From NCBI GenBank assembly GCA_001938485.1, contig MQRK01169072.1, forward strand, positions 20,861-77,879: a stretch of DNA of 57,019 nucleotides, read 5' to 3'. Below the pieces are notes generated by a model. That model did no database searches. It was given only the letters and a program-made list of their open reading frames with translations, and was not told the DNA's origin. A program made the translations under genes and the position numbers. Of the stretch, positions 1-10,410 are shown one piece after another. How positions within the stretch are numbered: position 1 is the stretch's first letter; the number at the start of each line of letters is the position of its first letter. The stretch comes from Girardia tigrina. Lineage: Eukaryota.

Positions 1-141
1 GTTAAATGTGTTACCATTGAAATGGCAACAGTGTGTTGACAACATGGGGGATATTTTGATTAAAAATAAAATGTTATTATTTAAAAAAAATCGATTTACA
101 TTTTACTTTAATTTTGACCTGTTTCATATCGAACAACCTAA
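1..141 (+). mobile_element. 3' end of a mariner (Tc1/mariner DD34D) transposon with right TIR
   Basis: Transposase C-terminus LPLKWQQCVDN.G.YFD* (frameshifted) at ~11-63. TIR ...TTTCATATCGAACAACCTAA is followed by TA at 142-143. Confidence 0.85.
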
Positions 142-355
142 TAATTTTGCTGGTTGACAACCAGACACATGAAGTAAGTCAAAAACATCCTTCGTAATGT
201 GTCCCTCATTTAAAAGGTTTTTTAACAAGAACAAGTATTCTTCATCTTTCATTGGAAGTAATTTTCCATTTTTTCTAAATTTCTCAATTTTAAGGAATTG
301 TGGGCAATTCAAAACATTATTCATTTTATTTATGTATTCCAAATTATCCAAGTTT
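142..355 (-). mobile_element. Penelope-like element (PLE) fragment, N-terminal RT region, inverted relative to the adjacent PLE piece
   Basis: ORF 124..384(-) reads LEYINKMNNVLN...LLNEGHITKDVFDLLHVSGCQPAKL, matching the PLE region before the conserved PxxLYGLPKxHK motif. It is interrupted by the mariner TIR exactly at a TA. Confidence 0.7.
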
Positions 356-360
356 AAGTC

Positions 361-1080
361 TAAGTCCATCATAGACAGACTCACTCGTAAGACTTTAAAT
401 AAAATAATTGAAAAAGAAAAAAATCAATAATGAACAAATTAATAGTTTAAACATTGAAAACTGCTTTACACCTGAGTATACTCTTAGCTTACCTTACTCC
501 GAGGGTTTTAAACACCTCAAGAATTCGATCTTGAAATCAACAAATAATATTTTACATTTAAAAATTATTCCTCAATCATTTAAAATTGAGAATATGTTTA
601 GCAATAAATCACATACTCCTTTAGGATTGTTTTCGGATCTTGTTTATCAATACACATGTAATGGGTGTAATACCACATATATCGGAGAGACTGCACGTCA
701 TCTCTGCAAAAGAGTTCAAGAACACAATTAAAAAGGGGGAAAGAGTAATATTGCAGAGCATAAAAAAACGTGTAAATGTAATATGAGCATAAATGATTTT
801 AAGATTTTGTGCAAGCATTTTAAAAATTATTGGGAGAGAGTGTCATGTGAAGCATTGTTGATAAGTTCATGTGATCCGAAAATCAATGTTCAAACAGCAT
901 TCTCAACTAATTTGTTTTCGATTAGACTTACATAATTGATTACATAATCGTTATAATCTTATATATAAGCAATAAAAAAGAACATAATCAGTGATCTGAT
1001 GATGACGGTTAAACCGTCGAAATATATTATCATGAAATATATTTTTAAATGGCGTTTATTTGTTTATAATTTGATAATAG
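361..1080 (+). mobile_element. Penelope-like element 3' part: RT thumb/linker, GIY-YIG endonuclease (decayed) and 3' pLTR
   Basis: KSIIDRLTRKTLNK, LSLPYSEG, LVYQYTCNGCNTTYIGETARHLCKRVQEH, later CEALLI; hammerhead motif in the 3' tail. Confidence 0.9.
991..1033 (+). ncRNA. Minimal type I hammerhead ribozyme (PLE-associated), intact core
   Basis: GTGAT-CTGATGA-T-GACGGTT-A-AACCGTC-GAAA-TATA-TT-ATCAT: stem I GUGAU/AUCAU, CUGAUGA box, 7-bp stem II, GAAA box, palindromic stem III (AUAUAU), AUU cleavage triplet. Confidence 0.85.
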
Positions 1081-1589
1081 TTTAATAATGTAAATCTTAA
1101 TCGAATTAGTAAATTTCAATTATCTCAAAATTATAAAACTTTTTTTAAAAATTCTTTTTTCTTAATTTTTATCTTTGGCCCACAAAAGGTTTTAGTAACT
1201 CTGACCTACAAGAACAGCATACTATGTTTATACCAAACATGAAAACCATCAAAATCGTCCTCAAGGAAGATAGAGTATTTTAAATATGATTTGTAAACAA
1301 AAATACACTTTTTAAAAAATGTACTTTAACAAATAAAAAATATCTAATCAATTTGGAGTAAAGCTGATAAAAAGTAAATGTAGAGTCAGCAAAACTTTTA
1401 TTCAATAAACTCAAGTTAATTTAAATGGATTTATTTTTTATTTTTATTGTAGTTTCCTAAAATAATTACTTAATTTTTTAATTATAAAAAATTACGAGGT
1501 TTTTTATATTAAAATAACATTGAAAACATTCACACTTCCAAGTTATAATGAACTAAGAAAACATTACAATTACTTTTTTATGTATTACT

Positions 1590-2655
1590 ATTACATGTAT
1601 TACTTTTATACTTCCGAAAAGGTAAAAATGCTGTACAAGCAAGAAGAAAATTATGCGGAGTGTATGGAGAAGATGTGTTGACAGAACGCCAATGCCAAAA
1701 CTGGTTTAAAAAATTTAGATCCGGAAATTTTGATGTTGAAGATTCTTCACTTTCCGGAAGGCCCATTGAGGCCAATGAAGACATAATAAAGGCATTAATT
1801 GATTCAAACCGGCGAATAACAACTTACGAAATTGCCCAGACATTACATTTATCTAATACAACCGTCCATGATCATTTGAAGCGCCTAGGTTTTACATAAA
1901 AAATTGATCTCATAATCTTACCGAACGAAATTTATGCTGTTGTTTAGACATCTGCGATATGCTTCTCAAACGTCAAGAAAATGATCCATTTTTGAAGCGC
2001 ATCGTCACTGGAGATGAGAAATGGGTAGTCTACAATAATGTAAAATGCAAGAGATCTTGGAGTAAAAAAGATCAACCTGCTCAAAGCACTTCGAAAGTTG
2101 ACATTCATCAAAAAAAAGTGATGCTATCTGTTTGGTGGGATTTCAAAAGAATTGTATTTTATAAGCTTCTTACGGACAAAACTACGATCAATTCGGACGT
2201 CTACTGTCATCAGCTGGACAAATAAATGAATCCCTTAAACACAAAATGCCAGAATTGATCAATAGAAAAGGTGTAGTGTTTCACCAAGATAATGCCTGAC
2301 CTTATACAAGTTTGGTAACTCACCAAAAGCTTTTACAACTTGGATGGAACATCATGTCTCACCCACCATATTCTCCAGACCTCGCACCTTCTGATTATCA
2401 TTTGTTCCGGTCTACAAAATTATTTAGTGGGTAACACTTTTGGATCAAATGAAGATGTTAAAAATCTCCTGGAAAAGATTTTTAGCAGCAAAGAACAAAT
2501 ATTTTATGAACGTGGAATCATGTCACTGCTAGGAAGATGGAAGAAGGTATTGGACCACAATGGTCAATATGTATTCCAATAAAATATTTATTCGTCTTAA
2601 AAATTTGTCTTTTACTTTAATACAAAAAAATGAAATGACTTTCTGAACAACCTAA
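1590..2655 (+). mobile_element. Mariner transposon, pseudogenised transposase with right TIR (left TIR not found)
   Basis: HTH (QNWFKKFRSGNFDVED..SGRP), TGDEKW, VMLSVWWD, FHQDNA, HPPYSPDLAPSDY motifs across frameshifts; TIR ...TTCTGAACAACCTAA followed by TA. Confidence 0.95.
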
Positions 2656-2657
2656 TA

Positions 2658-3013
2658 TTTCCACCACGCAAAATAAAAATATTTTGATTAAAAACTTTTC
2701 AAAAAAATCTTTAATTCTTCGTCATTACTTGATTTTTTTATTCATCCATTTTTTATGCTACTTAAAAACTTTAAAAAAGAAAAGAATATATTGCGATTCT
2801 CCAAAATTATTTTCAAGATTCAGAATGTAATTTCTTCATCTTATTTATCTAAAATATTTTTGTAAGAATTCATAATTTAATATTCTTTTCAAATCTCATT
2901 AAAATTTTCAAATTTCTAGATAAAGTTAATTTTTTTTCATTTTAATTAAAAACATTTTTTGTGCAGGTGGGAGAACAAGTTTCTCCTTTTTGTTCCTAGT
3001 GTGGGCGCTTATG
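2658..3013. mobile_element. Putative MITE, related to 50665-50935
   Basis: Visible colinear similarity to 50690-50935. It ends in GCGCTTATG, near-complementary to the CATGAGCGC start of the other copy. Confidence 0.45.
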
Positions 3014-3324
3014 TAATTATTAACAACATCAATATGAGGTTTACAACATTTATTAATATCACAAGCGCATTCACTATTTGACATCTCTCTTGATCAATAT
3101 ATTTCTGAGTTCAAACTAATTATTTTCAATAAATGAAAATCTGTTAATAAAAATTATTAATTATAAAGAATCTAATTGGTTGAAATTAAATCTAAACATT
3201 TTTTAAAAAAAACATATTAAATTAATATATTAAAATTTTAAATTACATTAAAAAATAAATAATACATTCAAAAATTATTTTAAATCTTTTTACTTTAAAA
3301 TTAAATTAAATTATTTTTAATTAG

Positions 3325-3430
3325 TAAGAATCAAAGAAAATATCAATCATTCATCTATGAAGGAGAGGCACAATCCGAATCAACATACAACATGCACAAT
3401 ATCAACACACAATTCAAAATATTCCTCACA
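3325..3430 (-). repeat. LTR remnant of the Gypsy family at 40944-45925
   Basis: Plus-strand TATCAATCATTCATCTATGAAGGAGAGGCACAATCC...AATATTCCTCACA matches the provirus LTR start (TGTGAGGAATATT on minus). Confidence 0.75.
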
Positions 3431-4399
3431 ATAATATTATTAACAATTAATAAAAACTATAAAAGACTAATTTAAAAAAATCAGTCAAAAAGGATTTTAC
3501 ATTATTTTATTAAAAACACAAATAAATCAGTTTACAAAAACAACAATAAATTATAAAAACATTATATTTTATTTTAAATTATTTACATTAAAAATTTTAA
3601 ATTCCATTTAGTAACTTCTTTAAAAAGATATTTAATATTTATTTTAATAATGAAAAATTAAATATTCAAAAAATTAAACTAAAAAAATCAAAAATCATTA
3701 AATTTTTATAAAATGAAATATTTTTTTACTGATATTTGATATAGTGCAATTAAATTTTAAAATCCATTTTACATTACATCTTTAATTAAAATAATTTTCA
3801 ATGAAAATGAATTAAAATGAATACGTTTTGATTGTAATATTGGAAGAAAAAATATGTAAAGTAAATAAATTTAGTCAATAATAAAATAAAAAATATAAAA
3901 TAGCTCTTATTATAAATTGTATGTCTTGTGAAATGTCAGTTTGTCAACTGAAATTAGCTTTACTTATTCTTATATTAAATAAATTTATTTTTGAAAACAA
4001 AAGAAATAAATTTCTTTTGATTGTTTTTATATTATTATTATTATATTTCTTTCAAAGAAAATTATTATTGACGAATATTTTTCAAAGATTAGAAAAAAAA
4101 CAAGTTTCAAATTCTGCCTAATTAATTACTTAAAATAACTTTTTTAAAACAAAAATAAAATAAATAAAATATTTTTTTCATCAAAACAAATTGTAAACAA
4201 TCGTTGTACTCATTCAGGAGATTCGATAATGTCTACGGAACTTCTTTATTGTTTTTATTTGTTTTTAAAATTTTATTTACTCATCAGATAACTTAAAGTT
4301 CAATTAAAGTTTCCTTGAAAATTAATGATAAATAAATTAAATTTTAATAGTTAATTCTTTTATATTAAAATCAATAAATTTATAATTAATTTTAGACGT

Positions 4400-5462
4400 C
4401 GAATATTGAAATGGTCTCAAGTTATTTGGGTTGCAGAAGAAGAAGTACATTGAAATCTACGATCTTTTGCAGTCAACTTATCTACATGACTCCACATCTC
4501 TGAAATTTAAAAATATAAGTTCAAAGAGTTTAAAGGCTGTCAAACCTCCGTTTTTATTCAAGAAAAAAGATCAGCATAGTTTTGATCAGAAAGTTTTTTG
4601 ATACAGTTTATAAAAATAGGAGAAGATGGTCGAAAGAGCACCAAATTACTTTGAACAAGTTCAACATCAATGTTGATACAGCTCAGCTAAATGGAAATCC
4701 ATGTGTATCAGAAAACTGTGTTCCAGATTGGTACCTTGCTTCTTGACAAATGGAATGATGCTGAACAGCTTGGATGCAATCAGAACAACTTGAACCTTTG
4801 GAACCAGCATGGTGAGACTTTTCTAGACTTATGAAAGATTAGCAAAGGTTGAGTTAACAGAATGAAGACTGCGTCGAGAGAATCCATCTTTGAAGATGCA
4901 AACGGGGACAATTTATGGATGAAGAATGAAGTTTAAAATTTTCTGGGATTATACAGATGTTATTCTCATGGATTTCGTGGATAAAGGCATCATCATCAAC
5001 GCTGTCTAGTGCAGCCAACTCTTTGCAACCACCAGAAAGAATAAAAAATAGACAGATGCATAACAAGCCACTAAGGTTTCTGCACGACAAAGCACCAGTG
5101 CATACAGTGGTCATTTCTAGAGACATATTCGAATGTGCTGCCTAGTGCTTGTAGATATATCCGCAGTACAGCAAATATTTTGCACTGAGCGATGTTTAAC
5201 TCCTCATACACAAAAAGAAGAATTCGAAGAAATCCAGTTTGCATTAAACGACAATTTGAAGGATGCCGTAGAGGACTATTCGTCGAATTTCCCAAGAATC
5301 TTTCACAAAGACGTTTCCTGAGTTGGCTATTCGTCAGTAGAACAAAATAAACATTTTGTTAACAAAATGATGACTATATGCGTTAAGCTTGTTGTGTTAT
5401 AAAAGTGACCTTTTCGGAATTCATTATCATTTTCTGACCGGGTACTTATTGAACGCACCACG
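4400..5462 (+). mobile_element. Heavily decayed mariner transposon with right TIR
   Basis: LHDKAPVHT (LHDNA motif) at ~5080, degraded WVP motif at ~4729; terminus GTACTTATTGAACGCACCACG followed by TA. Confidence 0.7.
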
Positions 5463-6687
5463 TAGTACTTTTATCGCTGTCAGATACCGAAATTGGGAGT
5501 CAAGTATAACCTGTTCGACCAGAATTAATAAGCATTTCTTATTGTAAAACTATATATTTCAATGATCAATCACTTTATTTTTTGTTGTAATGAGTGATAT
5601 GAAAATCGATCGTTTCTAAAAATTTCATTTTACTAATTATTTCAAATTAACATTTATTCAAAATAGCTTACCTAAATTACTTAAACGTTTTAACTTTGGC
5701 AAACAGATTCTTCAAAAATATACTGAAATATAAAATTTTTTCCAAAAAAAGGTTTGCTTAAACCAATTCTATAGATTTAGTCAAAATTTATTTACATAGC
5801 AGTACAAATTTATTCATAAAGTTTGGAATTTGTATGAAAACGAATTTGATATCCAAGTTTTCTATAAATTTTAGCTTCTTTAATCGGGAATTATTTCCAT
5901 TCTTTTATAAATTAATTATCGAATTCGAAAATAGTGAAAATAATTGTAGAAATACTTTTATTAACATTCTCTTAAAAATCTGTGAATCATTTATCATGAA
6001 TCATTGTAAATATAATAATTAATTATCATAATAGATATATCATAAATTATATAAGTTAAATGAAATCATAGGCAGCTAGAAAGCATTTTTGAAAACTTTA
6101 ATAATTAATATCAATAAATAAATATCAATATCAACAGATAGTAATTACTATAAAAATATAATAAAAAATATTTACACTAAACTAAATAAAATGATTGATA
6201 AAAAATACAAAAATAAATTTAAAATATATTACTAAATTATGTTTGAAAATAACAGAACGTAATAGAAAAATGTAAAAGTAATTTTTTGCAAAATATTTTG
6301 AAGGTATTTTCGTCTTTCTCAGGCGCTATAAAAATTACTTAAAAAAATTACTTTTTTAAATTTCTTGATACAAAGACGAAATAATCATTTTTATTAAATC
6401 TTTATTGAACCCTTGTATCATTTACAAACTTTTAAAGATTGATTATAAGTAATATTTAAGTATTAATTTTATGATAATTAGATCTTTTTAATAATATTAT
6501 CATTAAATCTTAAATTAAAATAAATAAAAATAAAAAAATAATAAAAATAAGAAATAAACATAACAAAAAACAATCTAAAATTAAATGTATTATAGGATAC
6601 GCAATAAAAGACAAGCAATGTGGATATTAATAATAATCAGAAAAGTAAGAAAATACACTGAAAAATTTAATGAAAAAGGACATAATT

Positions 6688-9209
6688 ATTCTTCGTCTTC
6701 TTTTGACCTTAGCCGTTGGGCCGTCAGGGCACCCAATTATAAACAAGCTTTCGCCACATCTCTCTATTTGTAACTTCTTTTCTCAGACATTCCATACTCA
6801 ATCCACTCCATTCTTTTAAATCGTCTATTCATTGTCTCTTTGGTCTTCCTCTTGTTCTTTTTCCTTCCATTCTTCCCTCAATCATAACCTTTGCTAGTGC
6901 TTGTTTTCTTATTTGATGTCCAAAGAATTTCAGCTTCCTTCTCTCTTCTATTGATTCCGGTCTTTTACCTAGTATTTCTGTCACTCTCCTCCAGACAAAG
7001 TCGTTTTTCTTCTTTTCTTCCCACCTGATCTTCAGCATTCTCCTGTAGCACTTCATTTCAAACGCTTTAAGTCTATCCATGCTCTTCTGATTTATTGTCC
7101 AACTCTCGCATCCATAGAAGAGTTTTACCCAGACAAAAGCCTTATTGATTTTTATTCTGCTGTTGAGATGGATTTCTTTGAGGTTAAACACTGTGCTAAG
7201 CTTAATCATTTCACTTGGACAAAACTTTAGATTGATTTCGTAAGGGCAATTATAGGAGGAAATCTTTTATTTTGTGTCGACACAATAAGAACTCTTCTTT
7301 TTTGTTGTTTAGTTTTTCTAATGATGTGAATAGTTCACATTATTACTTCGATTACTTTGTCGCTAAATTGCTCACTTGTCAATACTTTTGTATTTTCATC
7401 TTCGTAAAGGCTCTTGATAATTTTCATAATATGTTTTCCTATGTTGTGTTTATTCATAGTGTGTCATAGTGCTTCGTGCCACACCCTGTCAAAAGCTTTT
7501 TTGAAATCTATAAAGTTATGACATATTATTCTTTTGTGGTCTCTGGTTTTCTCACAAATCAGTCTCAGGTTGGTTGTCTGCTCCGTAGTGCTGTGGTCTT
7601 TTCTGAAGCCTGTCTACATCTCACTAAGCACTTGCTCCACTTTCGGTGTAATTCTTCTTTGTAACAATTTCAACATAACCTTTGATGCGTGACTGATTAA
7701 ACTAATTGTTATAAAGTCGCTGCCTTTTTACTATTTGTTTTCTTCGGTATAGGAATGAGGATAGATTCAGTCCATTGTGAGGGCCAAACTCCACTATTTA
7801 AAATGTTGTTAAATATTGCATCACAGTATTTTCACTTCCATTCTGAATTAGTTCCGCGCTGATGTTGTCTGGGCTTTTGTTCATCTTCAAACCTTTTATG
7901 GCAGCCTCTACTTCTGATCTTAAAATTTCTCATTCGTGATCTTCGTCATCTCCCTTTGTTATCACGTCTTCAAAGATAACGCTCCTGTCGACATCTGCTT
8001 TGAAGTTGTATAGTTCGCTACAGTAATCTTTCCACCTTTGAGCAATCTTTATACTTTTTGTAAGTACATTTCCATCTTGATCTTCAATTACATTTATTTA
8101 TATTCTTCCTGGCTCGGTCAGTTTTGAATGCTTCTTGTCTTGAATGCTTTTCTAGAATTGTTTATTTCAAAGCTACTTTCTTTCAATTTTGCTTGTTCTC
8201 CCGCCAAATCCTCTTTGGCCTTCTTCAGTAGCCTCAGAACTTCCTTGTTCGCCCTCTTGTAATCTCGCATGTGCTCTTCACCGTTATTTCTCTTCCTTTT
8301 CAGTTGACGTCGTCTGTCACAGCATTCCAATACCTCTCTATTGATCCAGGTTTTCTTCGTCTTTCGTCTTTTTCCCAGAAACTTTTCGGCAGTATCTGTG
8401 ATAATGTTCGTGAACTCGTCACAGAGTTTTTGTGGTTGCTGGTCTTCTAGTGGAAGCAAGAGAGCGTATTTTGTTAACAGTTCACTCTGAAATTTGTTTC
8501 TAATTCTAATATCTTTTAGTTTCTCAAGGTCGAAAAGCGCTCTTTGATGTTTTGTTCTGGTTTTTGTGGAGAGCTTTAGTTTGAAAGTTGTCATGACAAG
8601 ATCATTATGGCTTCCTAAATCTGGTTTCCTGAGAGTTCTAATTTTGACTTTGTTGACGCTGGATTTGAATTTCTTAGGTACCAAAATGTAATCTAGTAGT
8701 TTCTTAGTAACGCCATCAGGAGCATGTCATGTTGTCCTTCCTGACGCCTTGTGTATATATAAGGTGTTCACAACAACCATCATCTGTCTCTCTGCAAAGT
8801 CTAAGAGTATCATACCCCTCTCAATTGTGATGCCATGTCTGAATTTTCCGGCTGAGGAGAGGTTAATGCCTTCCCCAACTTGCGCATTCCAATCGCCTAG
8901 AACAATGATAAAGTTTTTCTTTGGAGTCTTATCAATGAGCGTCTCCAGATTTTCATAGAATTCTTCAGCGACTTCCTCATCGCAGTCAGCTGTTGGTGCG
9001 TAGACTTGGATGATAATAGTGTTGAATGATTTACTGGGAATTTTGATTGAAATAATTCTTTCGGATACTGGTGTGCATTCCATCACATTGATCGCAGTAC
9101 GCTTGTCCACTATGAATCCCACGCCGTGTTGTTTCCTATTTTCATGACCGCAGTTCCATACATTGTGTCCATCTTCTATAGTGTATTCACCTGTGCCAAT
9201 CCATCTCAT
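6688..9209 (-). mobile_element. RTE-clade LINE, 5'-truncated and internally deleted ORF (APE endonuclease + RT)
   Basis: MRWIGTG..HGVGFIV..IQVYAPT..GDWNAQVG (APE), YGCESWT...AFEMKCYRRML...EGKRTRGRP (RT thumb, RTE C-terminus), (GAA)-type 3' tail at ~6690-6700. The central RT core is missing, with unrelated sequence at ~7210-7355. Confidence 0.95.
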
Positions 9210-9210
9210 A

Positions 9211-10410
9211 ATTAATACAAAAAGGCTAATGGTCTTTCACGTTACAAATCAGACTACATAGACACCAAGGGAACTCGGTCCGGTAATCAAAAGTAATATG
9301 CTTACCCTAAGAAGTAAAAAGGCACTGATTGAAAGCTGTATATTTCCTATCATATACTATGGTTCGGAGAACAGGCGTACAAACGAGAGCCTCATCAGAA
9401 AACTTGAAGCCCTACATAACGCGAGTACAAGAACAGCACGTAATGTAGATAAGAAAGATTATATCAGAATAGACTCGATCAGTATCGGATTAAATCATCC
9501 AATGAACATCGTTGCCAAGAAATAGCTTTTGTTCCACGTCCCATTGGAAACAGGAAAAGGTCAGTTACGTGTGCAAAGAATTCTGAAAAGCACAATAAAA
9601 TTCAATAGAAAGAAGGTGGGAAGAAGCAAACAGAAACTCGAAGAATGCCTAAAATCGATGCGGAATGGCTGTTCGTAGAGACCGCCTCTGTAACTCTATT
9701 ATCAGCCTGTTAGCAGATGGCGCTCAACTTCGAATGCGAGGCAGGCTCGATCATTTAATCCGCAACAGAAGTATCGTAGGGAGGAACACCAAAGATCTTC
9801 CGAAACTGATCAAACCAAGAATGAAAATGGGCCAATTTCACTACGAGCTTTGCAAGAAGGCCTTTGCAGAACAAAAGGAGCTCAATAGACATATCAAAAT
9901 GGATCATGAAACGGCACCGGACATGCAGAAACCTTATCCATGTCAGTATTGCTCCAGGAGCTATGCATCAATGGGGTGGTTGACCAGACACTAGAAGACA
10001 GATCACACGGAAGAAGCAAATCAATCCAATCAAATCCAACAGAAGCATCAACGATGAAAAGTAGGTGACTGTTGCGATGGCGATTTGTGTGGTGGGGTAA
10101 AATTGATCGGTGACACCAGGAAGAAGGAAGACAATCCAGAAATTACAAGCTGTATTCAAGTACGAATGTTTCAACGAATCTCTCGGAAACGATCTCCTTA
10201 GAAGTGTTAAATTTCCGTTTAACAGATTTATCTGTAAATGGAAATTTCAAGTGTCCTTTCGCTGGCTGTCCAAAGTCCACAGGAACGGCCAAAGAAATAT
10301 TAAATCATGGAACATCCGAACATGGTTGGTCGTTTTTTACTAGGGGTCAGAAGAGACATCGTAAGCGGAAAGCTGGCAACCTCATAGGAGGCCTATCGGA
10401 AGGCTGCTAG
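9211..10410 (+). mobile_element. 3' part of a second LINE (RTE-group-like thumb) with C-terminal C2H2 zinc fingers, decayed
   Basis: LTLRSKKALIESCIFPIIYYGSEN...KLEALHN (RT thumb), followed by (Y)ELCKKAFAEQKELNRHIKMDH, CQYCSRSYASMGWLTRH*KTDH and CPFAGCPKSTGTAKEILNHGTSEH. Confidence 0.7.
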
